From an uncultured Acidobacteriota bacterium (GTDB lineage Bacteria; Acidobacteriota; Vicinamibacteria; Vicinamibacterales; CAVVIG01), in NCBI GenBank assembly GCA_963754955.1, contig CAVWHY010000003.1, positions 13,576 to 77,575 on the forward strand: DNA of 64,000 nt, given 5' to 3'. Positions 1 through 8,556 of the stretch are shown piece by piece (positions within the stretch are counted from its first letter, which is position 1; each line of letters starts with the position of its first letter). Under the pieces are notes generated by a model, which searched no databases, had not been told where the DNA came from, and saw only the letters and a program-made list of their open reading frames with translations. The translations under genes were made by a program, and so were the position numbers.

Positions 1-426
1 CGGAAAGCGCTCGAAGGCAAGTGGACGCTGCTCGTGCTGTCCGTCACTGCTCCGGACGGCAAGCGGGCCACGCCGCAGGCGTCCGGCGATCTCAACCTTG
101 ACGAGTTCGGCAACTTGAGCATTCAGTACCGGATCGCCGAAGCGGGCCGCGCGGCGCTGGAGGGAATCGGCGTCAAGTCGCCGAATCCCGTCGTCTCCGC
201 ATCGGGCCGCGTGACGATCGATCCGCAGCGGAAAACGGTCACCTACATGCCCCCGGACGCGAACGCCCGCGCGCTCGACGCGGACCTCGCGGCTCTGCGC
301 GCGAATCCGCTGGCGCTTGAACACACGCGCTATTACAGCGTGGCGGCGAATGGCGTGCTGACGCTCACGACGCGGCACGAGAACGGCAAGGAAGCCACGC
401 GGGCCACCTGGAAGCGCGCGTCCTAG
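1..426 (+). CDS. hypothetical protein, probably 5'-truncated by the window edge
   Basis: ORF track 34..426 (130 aa, GTG at 34). The same frame stays open back to nt 1, so the true start may lie upstream. No motif I recognise. Confidence 0.35.
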   Translation, partial: RKALEGKWTLLVLSVTAPDGKRATPQASGDLNLDEFGNLSIQYRIAEAGRAALEGIGVKSPNPVVSASGRVTIDPQRKTVTYMPPDANARALDADLAALRANPLALEHTRYYSVAANGVLTLTTRHENGKEATRATWKRAS

Positions 427-428
427 TC

Positions 429-482
429 GTAGCGTCCGCCTTCAGGCGGACGTTTGCCGGCCGGCTGAAGCCGGCGGCTACG
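429..482. repeat. 54-nt REP-like double-hairpin element, copy 1
   Basis: GTAGC-[CGTCCGCC TTCA GGCGGACG]-TTT-[GCCGGC TGAA GCCGGC]-GGCTAC(G). It lies in the 67-nt spacer between the convergent ORF 34..426 and czcA. 48/54 identical to the copy at ~6040. Confidence 0.65.
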
Positions 483-493
483 GCATTGGGTCG

Positions 494-3400
494 CTACACG
501 AGTGGGTCGCCATGTTCGTGACTGGGCTCGAACATCACGTACAGCGCCGGCAGGACGATCAGCGTCAGCGCGGCGGCCGAGAACAGGCCGCCGATGATCA
601 CGACCGCGAGCGGCCGCTGCACTTCCGACCCGATCGCGTGTGAGAGGGCCATCGGCGTCAGCCCGAGCATCGCCAGCAGCGTCGTCATCAGCACGGTCCG
701 CAGCCGCACGACCGATCCCTCGAACGCGGCCCGGTACGCGCCGGTCCCCGAACGCCGCAGCTGGTTGAAGTAGCTGACCATCACGACGCCGTTCAGCACG
801 GCCTGGCCGAAGAGCGCGATGAACCCGATCGCGGCTGAGACGCTCAGGTGGATCCCCGTCACGTACAGGGCCAGGATGCCGCCCACGAGCGCGAACGGCA
901 CGTTCGCGAGGATCAGCGCCGCATGCTTGACCGACCCGAAGGCGTTGAACAGCAGGACAAAAATCAGCAGCACGCTGATGGGGACGATGAGGCTGAGGCG
1001 GCCCATCGCCCGCTGCTGGTTCTCGAACTCGCCGCCCCATGTGGCGAAGTAGCCCGCCGGGAAGACCACGTGCTCCTTCACGCGCCGTTGCATGTCGCTG
1101 ACGACGCCGCCCATGTCGCGTCCCTGGATAAAGACGCCGATGGCCGCAACGCGCGTGCCCGATTCGCGCGCGATGTTCATGCTGCCGCTGCCGACCGAGA
1201 CGTGGGCCACCTCCGATAAGGGCACGCGCAGGCCGCTCGGCGTGTCGACGAGGACGTGCCGGATCGCCGACGGATCCCGGCGCTCGTCTTCGTCGAGCCG
1301 GACGACCACCGGGAACTGACGTTCGCCTTCCCAGAGCGTGGTCGCGGTCTTGCCGCCCAGCTCGGTTTCGATCACGTCCTCGACGTCGGTCACGTTCAGG
1401 CTGTAGCGCGCCGCCCGCGCGCGATCGATTTCGACCTGCAGCTGGGGGACCTGCCCGCCGCGGTCCACGAACGCCCGCGCGACGCCCGGCACACTGGAGA
1501 TGTTCCGCAGCACGTCGTTGGCCAGGCGCCGCAGCTCGTCTATGTCGTCGCCGAAGATCTTGACGACGATCTGTCCGTCGATCTGCGAGATGCTCTCCAG
1601 GACGTTGTCGCGGATCGGCTGCGAGAAGCTCGGCTCGATGCCGGGCAGCGTCCCAAGCGCGGTGTTCATCTGCGCGATCAGATCCGGCTTGGACATCCCG
1701 TGCCGCCAGGCGGACTGCGGTTTCACGTCCACCAGGAATTCCGCCATGTTGATCATCTTCGGATCGGTGCCGTCCTCCGGCCGTCCCGCCTTCGAAATCA
1801 CCGACGCGACTTCCGGGAACGCGCGAATCTTCGCCCGCACACGGGCCAGCTGCCGGGAGGTCTCGCTGACGGAGATCCCCGGCGGCAGCATGATGTTGAT
1901 CCAGATGTCGCCTTCGTTCAGTTCCGGCAGGAATTCGGTGCCGAGCCGCGGCACCAGCGCAAGGCTGCCCGCGAGCAGACAGACCGCAGCCGCGAGAACG
2001 ACCCGTCGGCGCGCCAGCGCGGCCCGGAGAATCGGGCGATAGAGGCGTTTGCAGAAGGACACGAGACGGTTGTCTTCTTCGCTGCCGCCCTTGCCGAGCA
2101 GAAACAGAGAGAGCATCGGCACGAGCGTGAGCGAGAAGAGCAGCGAGCCAATCAGCGCCGAGACGACCGTGTACGCCATCGGCGCGAAGATGCGCCCCTC
2201 CTGGCGCTGGAGCGCGAAGATCGGGAGGTGCGCGAGGATGATGATCAGCATCGAGAAGACGGTGGGCCGGCCCACTTCCGAGGCGGCTTCCAGGATGATG
2301 GCTTTCGGCACGCGCGGATGGTCATGCGGCTCGTTCAGGTGGCGGTAGACGTTCTCGAGCACGATGACGGCCCCGTCAACGATGATGCCGAAGTCCATCG
2401 CACCGAGCGACAGCAGGTTCGCCGGAATCCCCCGGATCGTCAGGCCGATGAACGTGGCCAGCAGCGACAGCGGGATGATGACGGCGACGATCCCGGCCGC
2501 TCTGAGATTGCCCAGGAAGAGATACAACACGACCGTCACGAGGAGCGCGCCCTCGAGCAGGTTCCGGAACACCGTGCTGAGCGTGGTGTCGATGAGGCGG
2601 GAGCGATCGTAGAATGGCACGAGCTTCACGCCCTTCGGCAGGATCGTCTCGTTGAGGGTCGCGACGCGTTCTTTGACCGCGGCGAGCACCTGGGACGGAT
2701 TCTCGCCTTTCCGCATGAGCACGATGCCGGACACGATTTCGTCCTCGCCGTCCTGGCCAATCAGGCCCTGCCGCGGAATCGCGCCGATCTTCACCACGGC
2801 AATGTCGCGGATCAGCAGCGGCGTGCCGCCGTGTTCGGCTACGACCACGGTGCCGATGTCGTCGGCGGAGCGGAGCATCCCGATACCGCGAATCAGATAC
2901 TGCTGTTCGCCCTGTTCGATGAAGCTGCCGCCGGCGTTGGCATTCCCCCGGCCGAGCGCCGAGAAGACCTGTTGGAGCGACACGTTGTAGGCCTTCATCC
3001 GCGCGGTGTTGACGGTCACTTCGTACCGCTTGATGAACCCGCCGAAGCTGACGACGTCGGCGACGCCGGGAATCAGCTTCAGGTTGCGGCTGACGACCCA
3101 GTCCTGCGTGCTTCGCAGGTCAGTCGGCGTCATGCCTTTGCCCTGGATGCGGTACCGGTAGATCTCGCCGATCGCAGTGGAGAGCGGTGCGAGCTCCGGG
3201 TGCACGCCGTCCGGCAGATCGAGGGCCTGCAGCCGCTCGAGCGCCTGCTGGCGCGCGAAGTAGTCGGTCGCGTTGTCGTTGAAGGTGAGGATGATGTATG
3301 AAAGCCCGAACTGCGTGTGCGAGAACATCCGCACCGCGTTCGGCAGGCCGCTCAACCCGATCTCGAGCGGCATGGTCACCTGCTTTTCGACTTCCTCGGG

Positions 3401-3571
3401 CGCGTGGCCCGGGAACAACGTGATGACGGTGACCTGCACGTCCGTCACGTCGGGAAAGGCCTCGACCGGCAGCGATCGGAACGCCGCGATGCCCGCGGCC
3501 ACGAAGAGGACCAGCAGCATCACGATCAGCAGCGGTTGATGGAGCGCCGTGGAGACAATGCGGCGAATCAT
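494..3571 (-). CDS. czcA: heavy-metal efflux RND transporter, CzcA/CusA family
   Basis: 1025-aa ORF with RND inner-membrane pump length and layout (N-terminal TM, two large periplasmic loops, TM clusters). The start overlaps the stop of the upstream adaptor gene by 4 nt (3568..3571). Confidence 0.9.
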   Translation of the reverse strand: MIRRIVSTALHQPLLIVMLLVLFVAAGIAAFRSLPVEAFPDVTDVQVTVITLFPGHAPEEVEKQVTMPLEIGLSGLPNAVRMFSHTQFGLSYIILTFNDNATDYFARQQALERLQALDLPDGVHPELAPLSTAIGEIYRYRIQGKGMTPTDLRSTQDWVVSRNLKLIPGVADVVSFGGFIKRYEVTVNTARMKAYNVSLQQVFSALGRGNANAGGSFIEQGEQQYLIRGIGMLRSADDIGTVVVAEHGGTPLLIRDIAVVKIGAIPRQGLIGQDGEDEIVSGIVLMRKGENPSQVLAAVKERVATLNETILPKGVKLVPFYDRSRLIDTTLSTVFRNLLEGALLVTVVLYLFLGNLRAAGIVAVIIPLSLLATFIGLTIRGIPANLLSLGAMDFGIIVDGAVIVLENVYRHLNEPHDHPRVPKAIILEAASEVGRPTVFSMLIIILAHLPIFALQRQEGRIFAPMAYTVVSALIGSLLFSLTLVPMLSLFLLGKGGSEEDNRLVSFCKRLYRPILRAALARRRVVLAAAVCLLAGSLALVPRLGTEFLPELNEGDIWINIMLPPGISVSETSRQLARVRAKIRAFPEVASVISKAGRPEDGTDPKMINMAEFLVDVKPQSAWRHGMSKPDLIAQMNTALGTLPGIEPSFSQPIRDNVLESISQIDGQIVVKIFGDDIDELRRLANDVLRNISSVPGVARAFVDRGGQVPQLQVEIDRARAARYSLNVTDVEDVIETELGGKTATTLWEGERQFPVVVRLDEDERRDPSAIRHVLVDTPSGLRVPLSEVAHVSVGSGSMNIARESGTRVAAIGVFIQGRDMGGVVSDMQRRVKEHVVFPAGYFATWGGEFENQQRAMGRLSLIVPISVLLIFVLLFNAFGSVKHAALILANVPFALVGGILALYVTGIHLSVSAAIGFIALFGQAVLNGVVMVSYFNQLRRSGTGAYRAAFEGSVVRLRTVLMTTLLAMLGLTPMALSHAIGSEVQRPLAVVIIGGLFSAAALTLIVLPALYVMFEPSHEHGDPLV

Positions 3572-4731
3572 GACCGTGGGGCGTCGGCTTCGAGTTGCCG
3601 GAGGAGGAGCACGCCTTCACTCGCGATGCGGTCGCCGGCCGAGAGGCCCGACACGACGCGAAGCCGTTCGGAACCTGCCGCGACGGTTTCGATGCCGCGG
3701 CGGACGAACTCCGGGGAATCGGCCCGCGCCTGGACGTAGACGAAGCTCCTCCCGCTCTCCACGAACACGGCCTTCATGGGGACGGTCAGGGCCGAGCCCG
3801 TCTCCGGCAGCGAGAGGCTGACCTCCGCGAACATCCCGGGCTTCAGGCGCGCGTCCCGGTTGGCGACCTGGATGCGTACCTTGGCCGTCCGCGTCTGCGC
3901 GTCGACCACGCTGCCGACCTGGGCGACCCGCGCGATGAAGTGCTCATCGGGATACGCGGTCGTCGTGACGTTGGCCTTCTGGCCGACGGCGATGCTGTGT
4001 ACGTCGCGCTCGAACACGTCGGCCTGCACCCACACGCTCGAGAGGTCCGCAATCGTCGCCAGTGGAGGATTGTCGGGCCCGACGAACTGGCCGCTGGTGA
4101 CGCTGCGCTCGATCACGGTGCCCGCAATGGGCGTGCGGACCGGCACGCGGGCTGGCAGGGGGCCGGCCTCGTCGTCGGGATGGCTGTCGAGGCCGAGGAC
4201 CTGCAACACCTCTTCGGTCTGCGTGACGCGCGCTTTGGCTTTGGCCAGCTCGTTCTCGGCCTGCTGCTGAGCGATGCGCGACGCGGCCTGGTGCTCGAAC
4301 AGATCCTGCGTCATCGCGTACGTCTTCTCGGCGAGATCGAGGTCTTTGTGGCTGGCGCGGTGCTCTGCGACGGCCGCGGCGACTTCGCGGCTGCTGAGGA
4401 CGAACAACACCGCGTCCTTCGCGACGGTATCCCCGACCTTGATAGCCAGGTCGTGCACCTGGCCGGACACGGGCGGCAGGATCCGCGCCATCCGATCGGC
4501 GTTGAACTCCACGACGCCCGTGGTCCGGATGGCGTCGTCGGGCGCCGTCGCCGAGACCACTTCGACGTGGATTTGCTGGAGCTGCGGACCGCTGAGGCGA
4601 ACCGCAGACGGGGCGTTGTTGGCGCTGCCGGGGGGCGCGGCGGCAGCCGGCACGTCGTCCGCGGGCGCGCCCGCGCCGCAGCCCGCCAGCAGGATGACGC
4701 TGGAGAGCACGAGGATGGTTCTGATGATCAT
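3568..4731 (-). CDS. czcB: efflux RND periplasmic adaptor (membrane fusion protein)
   Basis: 387 aa. Lipoprotein-like N-terminus (LLAGCGA), a coiled-coil hairpin region (QQQAENELAKAKARVTQTEE) and a beta-barrel C-terminus. Overlaps both neighbours by 4 nt. Confidence 0.85.
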   Translation of the reverse strand: MIIRTILVLSSVILLAGCGAGAPADDVPAAAAPPGSANNAPSAVRLSGPQLQQIHVEVVSATAPDDAIRTTGVVEFNADRMARILPPVSGQVHDLAIKVGDTVAKDAVLFVLSSREVAAAVAEHRASHKDLDLAEKTYAMTQDLFEHQAASRIAQQQAENELAKAKARVTQTEEVLQVLGLDSHPDDEAGPLPARVPVRTPIAGTVIERSVTSGQFVGPDNPPLATIADLSSVWVQADVFERDVHSIAVGQKANVTTTAYPDEHFIARVAQVGSVVDAQTRTAKVRIQVANRDARLKPGMFAEVSLSLPETGSALTVPMKAVFVESGRSFVYVQARADSPEFVRRGIETVAAGSERLRVVSGLSAGDRIASEGVLLLRQLEADAPRS

Positions 4732-6032
4732 GGGAGGACGTCCTTGTTGACGGTAAGAGACAGGCGCGCCTGGGCCCGCCGGTAGGCGGCCTGCGCGGAG
4801 TAGTACGTGTCCATGGTGTCGTTGAACGCCCGCTGGGCGTCGAGCACGTCGAGCAGGGAAGTCGCGCCCGCCTGGTAGACGTACGCCACGCTGTTTCTCG
4901 CTTCCCGTGTGGGCGCGAGCAGGTCGTGTTCGATGTCGGCGAGGAGCGACCGGGCCGATTCGAATTCCTGATACGCCGCTGCCACCTCGCCCGCGACGGA
5001 TGTTTCTCCGGCACGTACCGAACGCGCGGCCTTCTCGCGTTCGGCGTCAGCTCGCGCGATTTCGCCCTGATTCCGGTTGGAGAAGGGCAGCGGCACGCTC
5101 ATGAAGAAGCCGACCATGTTGCCCTTGCCGTTGACGCCCTGCTCGCGGCGGTATTCGGCGCCGACGGTGTAGTCGACCTTTCCCTGCGCCTGCTCGAGCC
5201 GCAGATCGGCCACGCTCCGAGCCTGGTCGGTGCGGAGCGCGAGCAGGTCGGGCCGGGTCTGCGCAGCCTGCTGCAGCGCGGGCAGCGCGGGCGCCTCGGC
5301 GGGCGTGACACCGAGCCGGTCGTCGATGTCGACGGGGACGTCGTCTGGCTGCTTCCCGAGCAGCGGCAGCAGCTTCAGCCGCGCCTCGCTGACCGCGAGC
5401 TGCGCCGTCCTGACAGCGCTGCGGTATTGCAGCATCGCGACACGCGATCGTGTGACCTCCAGCTGGGGAATCGCGCCGCTCGCCAGGCGCTGTTCGTTCA
5501 GCTGGACGAGGCGGTCGAGCGATCGCAGGTTGTCTTCGGCGAGCGCCAGCTTCGCCTTGGCCTCAAGGACATCGATGCTGGCGATGGCGACATCCAGCTT
5601 CAGGCGGCGGACCGATTCGGCGAGTTGCGCCTCCGCGAGGCGTCTTTTCTGATCCGCGACGTCGATCCGAATGTCGCGCTTGCCGCCGCGCTCGAATGGG
5701 ACGTCCACGCGGACCGCGTACTGTGGCGGCCCCGCGGCGTTTACCGTGTCGAAGCCGGTGCCCAGCCAGTCCAGGCTCTCCGCGCTGGCCGACAGGACAG
5801 GGTTGGGCCGCAGCCGGGCAGTGATCGACGCAGCGTCGGCAATCGACAGGTTGGCCCGTTCGGCAAGCAGGGCCAGGTTGTTCTGGACCGCTTCGGCGAT
5901 GGCACCGTCGACGGACAGACTGCGCACCCGCTCCTGGGCGGCGAGCCGGGGCGCACACGCGGCGGCGAGAACCGCTGTGAACATGAGTGGTGAACGAATC
6001 TTCATAGGCGAACTACTCCCGACAACGCGCAC
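4728..6032 (-). CDS. czcC: TolC-family outer-membrane efflux protein
   Basis: 434 aa with two OEP-type repeats. A signal peptide is visible from the internal MKIRSPLMFTAVLAAACAPRLAAQ, so the true start may be ~27 nt downstream of the ORF start. First gene of the czcCBA-order operon. Confidence 0.8.
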   Translation of the reverse strand: MRVVGSSSPMKIRSPLMFTAVLAAACAPRLAAQERVRSLSVDGAIAEAVQNNLALLAERANLSIADAASITARLRPNPVLSASAESLDWLGTGFDTVNAAGPPQYAVRVDVPFERGGKRDIRIDVADQKRRLAEAQLAESVRRLKLDVAIASIDVLEAKAKLALAEDNLRSLDRLVQLNEQRLASGAIPQLEVTRSRVAMLQYRSAVRTAQLAVSEARLKLLPLLGKQPDDVPVDIDDRLGVTPAEAPALPALQQAAQTRPDLLALRTDQARSVADLRLEQAQGKVDYTVGAEYRREQGVNGKGNMVGFFMSVPLPFSNRNQGEIARADAEREKAARSVRAGETSVAGEVAAAYQEFESARSLLADIEHDLLAPTREARNSVAYVYQAGATSLLDVLDAQRAFNDTMDTYYSAQAAYRRAQARLSLTVNKDVLP

Positions 6033-6038
6033 AACGGC

Positions 6039-6093
6039 GTAGCGTCCGCCTTCAGGCGAACGTCATCCGGCCGGCTGAAACCGGCCGCTACGA
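6039..6093. repeat. 54-nt REP-like double-hairpin element, copy 2
   Basis: GTAGCGTCCGCCTTCAGGCGAACGTCATCCGGCCGGCTGAAACCGGCCGCTACG, in the same orientation as copy 1. It lies just upstream of czcC and overlaps the last codons and stop of the FG-GAP gene. Coordinates are +/-1 nt (see rejected note on indexing). Confidence 0.65.
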
Positions 6094-6867
6094 ATTAACG
6101 GAGAACGAGGCGATGGCGGGAGGCGCGCGACAGGAGAGAGCTGACGAGAGGATCGCCGGCTGGAGACGCGTGGGTTGAATGCTGACGGGCGACCGGCGCG
6201 GAACCGCCGGCGTCCAGCGGCCGGTCAGTGGCAGGCCGATCGCATCGTCGGGTGTGAGCCCGACGTGCGACGCTTCGTCGGACGAATCGGCCGAGCCCAG
6301 CGAGTGGGGCTGCCCCAGCTCCGACGCGAACGGCCGCGCGTCCGACGGGCTGAACCCGCCGCGTCCGTCGTTCAGCCAGACGCCGACCACCTGGCGCGAC
6401 AGCGCACCGGTGACGACGACGTCCAGATCGTTGTCGTGATCGACGTCGGAAACGCGGACGGTGAGCGCATCCTGCTCGGAGGCGAATGCGACGGTGGCCG
6501 TCTCACGGCCGGAAACCGAGAACTCGATCCGGTACGTCGCGCCATCGATCGCTTCCGGCACTCTGTCCGCGATGGCCGCGTCGGGCGTGCCGTCGGTGTT
6601 GAAGTCGCCGATCGCCGTGGACCAGCCCAGGAACCCTGCTGCCGTGCCGAGGCGGAACGCCGGCAGCGCTGGAATCGACGGCCGGACCGACGTGACTGGT
6701 TGTGGACCCGTCGCCGCGAGCGGACGTGCCGGCAACGCCGCGCCCGAGGTCAGCCAGGCGCACACGCCGGCCGCGATGGCGGCGAGCGTCCGGATGCGGG
6801 TCAACGTGGCAGGCATCTGTACTGAGGCGATACAAGAACAATAGATCAACACCACGCGCGGAGCCAA
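6088..6867 (-). CDS. FG-GAP/VCBS-repeat secreted protein
   Basis: 259-aa ORF (TTG start). FG-GAP-like motifs are present: FNTDGTPDAAIAD, DVDHDNDLDVVVTG, VWLNDGRGGF. A more likely start is the internal ATG (MPATLTRIRTLAAIAAGVCAW..., ~6816), which gives a signal peptide. Confidence 0.6.
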   Translation of the reverse strand: MAPRVVLIYCSCIASVQMPATLTRIRTLAAIAAGVCAWLTSGAALPARPLAATGPQPVTSVRPSIPALPAFRLGTAAGFLGWSTAIGDFNTDGTPDAAIADRVPEAIDGATYRIEFSVSGRETATVAFASEQDALTVRVSDVDHDNDLDVVVTGALSRQVVGVWLNDGRGGFSPSDARPFASELGQPHSLGSADSSDEASHVGLTPDDAIGLPLTGRWTPAVPRRSPVSIQPTRLQPAILSSALSCRAPPAIASFSVNS

Positions 6868-6909
6868 ACCGCCCCGCCGCGCGTAGTGTTATGATGAAGG
6901 GTTGAAGCC

Positions 6910-7641
6910 ATGAAACGAGCCGAACGACAGCGGTTGAAGCAGAACGATCTGGGCCATTTGACGCGCCAGGCGCAGGAGGTGTTCGCCGATCGGAAGCGCG
7001 ACGTGGGCTGGATCGTGGCCGCCGTGCTGGTCGTCGGCGCGGTCGCACTCGGCTACTGGGTGTGGCACCAGCGCGTGCAGCAGGGCGCGCAGAAGCTCCT
7101 CGCCGATGCCATGGTCATCCAGGAAGCGCGGATCGGGCCGCCCGCGGCCGCCACCGGCGGAACCGGTTTGACGTTCCCGACGGAGCGCGAACGGGCGCAG
7201 GCTGCGCTCGGGAAATTCAAGGCGGCTGCGGACGCGTATCCGACCACGGACGCGGGGCTGTTCGCCCGTTACCAGGAGGCCTCGACGCAGGTCGTGCTGG
7301 GTAATCCGAGCGAGGCTGTCAAGGCCTATCAGGCCGTGATCGATGGCGCCGGCAACCGCCTCATCGGACAAACCGCGCGCCTGGGGCTGGCGGCGGCGCG
7401 CGCTCGCGGCGGGCAATTTGATCAGGCCATCACGACGTATAAGGAACTCGCCCAACGCAAGGACGGCGGGTTGCCGGTGGACGGCATTCTCATGGAGCTC
7501 GGTCGTGTGTACCGCGACGCCGGCCGCGCCGGCGACGCCCAGCAGACGTTCAACAGGCTGATCGAGGAGTTCCCCGATTCGCCGTTCAACGCCGACGCGA
7601 AGCGCGAGCTCGAGGCGTTGAAGAAGACGAAAGCCGCCTGA
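6910..7641 (+). CDS. membrane-anchored TPR-like protein (YfgM/UPF0070-like)
   Basis: 243 aa. Charged N-terminus, one TM segment (WIVAAVLVVGAVALGYWVW), then helical-repeat sequence rich in A/L/G/Q. Confidence 0.55.
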   Translation: MKRAERQRLKQNDLGHLTRQAQEVFADRKRDVGWIVAAVLVVGAVALGYWVWHQRVQQGAQKLLADAMVIQEARIGPPAAATGGTGLTFPTERERAQAALGKFKAAADAYPTTDAGLFARYQEASTQVVLGNPSEAVKAYQAVIDGAGNRLIGQTARLGLAAARARGGQFDQAITTYKELAQRKDGGLPVDGILMELGRVYRDAGRAGDAQQTFNRLIEEFPDSPFNADAKRELEALKKTKAA

Positions 7642-7644
7642 CTC

Positions 7645-8523
7645 CTAACTGAACCGGTACGACAGAATCTTGTAGAGCAGGCGCGCGCAGAGAAAGTTCG
7701 GCGCGACGTTGCCGGGCATCGGGCACAACTCGACGATGTCGCACCCCACGACCCGCCGCCGTTCGATCACGCGCCGGAGCAGCCCCAGCCCCTCGTACCA
7801 GCTCAATCCGCCCGGCTCCGGCGTGCCGACCGCCGGCATGATCGCCGGATCGAAACCGTCACAGTCGATTGTGATGTACACATCGTCGGACAGCGAGTCG
7901 ACCACGCGGTCCATCCACTGCGCGTCGCGGCGCATGTTGTAGTCGTAGAAGATCGTCGTCGCCAAGGAGGGGATTGCGGCCGCTTCCTCTGCGGAGAGGC
8001 TCCGAATGCCGACTTGCGTGCAGCGGGCATATTCGAGGGTGCGGCGCATGGCGCAGCCGTGACTGTGCCGCGTGCCCATGAACGAGTCCCGGAGGTCCGC
8101 GTGCGCGTCAATCTGCAACACGGACAGGTTCTTGTGTTGCGCCGCGAGCGCTGCGACGACCGGCGGCGTGATCGAATGCTCGCCGCCAAGGACGACGGGG
8201 AACTTGCCGCGTGTGACGAGTTCAGACGCGACACGCTCGATCTCACGCATCACCTCGTCCATCGACGGAAACGACAGCTGCAACTCCGGCAACGTGCAGA
8301 TGCCGATGCCGTGGATGTCGGTCGCGGTTTCCTCGTCCCACAACTCCATATGAGACGAGGCGACGAGGATTTCGTGCGGACCGGTCCGCGTGCCGGACAC
8401 GTACGAGGTGGTGCGATCCAGCGGAACGGGAAGGATCACGACCCGGGCGCTGTCGAAATCGGCGTCCGTCGATCCGCCGAACGTCCCGGGAGTGATTCGC
8501 TCGTAGTCAAACGGCAGGTTCAT
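7645..8523 (-). CDS. speB: agmatinase (arginase/ureohydrolase family)
   Basis: 292 aa with ureohydrolase metal-binding motifs: GGEHSITPP, QIDAHADLRD, ITIDCDGFDP. Confidence 0.85.
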   Translation of the reverse strand: MNLPFDYERITPGTFGGSTDADFDSARVVILPVPLDRTTSYVSGTRTGPHEILVASSHMELWDEETATDIHGIGICTLPELQLSFPSMDEVMREIERVASELVTRGKFPVVLGGEHSITPPVVAALAAQHKNLSVLQIDAHADLRDSFMGTRHSHGCAMRRTLEYARCTQVGIRSLSAEEAAAIPSLATTIFYDYNMRRDAQWMDRVVDSLSDDVYITIDCDGFDPAIMPAVGTPEPGGLSWYEGLGLLRRVIERRRVVGCDIVELCPMPGNVAPNFLCARLLYKILSYRFS

Positions 8524-8556
8524 GCGGTCCTCGAACGGGTCGGAGAGGCCCGCTTA

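Noticed and set aside
1256-3301. Long ORFs antisense to confidently identified genes. Examples: 1256..3301 opposite czcA, 3595..4785, 10068..11828, 24730..27216 opposite dnaE, 35460..36518, 37093..38898, 47508..48992, 55038..56303.
   Set aside because: Their translations are Arg/Asp/His/Gly/Pro-rich low-complexity strings with no motifs. Each lies fully inside a gene with clear family signatures on the other strand. They are typical shadow ORFs of high-GC DNA.
5995-6125. Apparent 1-nt disagreement between my hand indexing of the printed sequence and the ORF track: an extra C at 6000/6001 and a missing G near 6118-6121.
   Set aside because: Both points fall on line boundaries and cancel out. 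The ORF-track translations are self-consistent, so I treat this as a reading or indexing problem rather than biology. It only makes coordinates of repeat copy 2 uncertain by +/-1.
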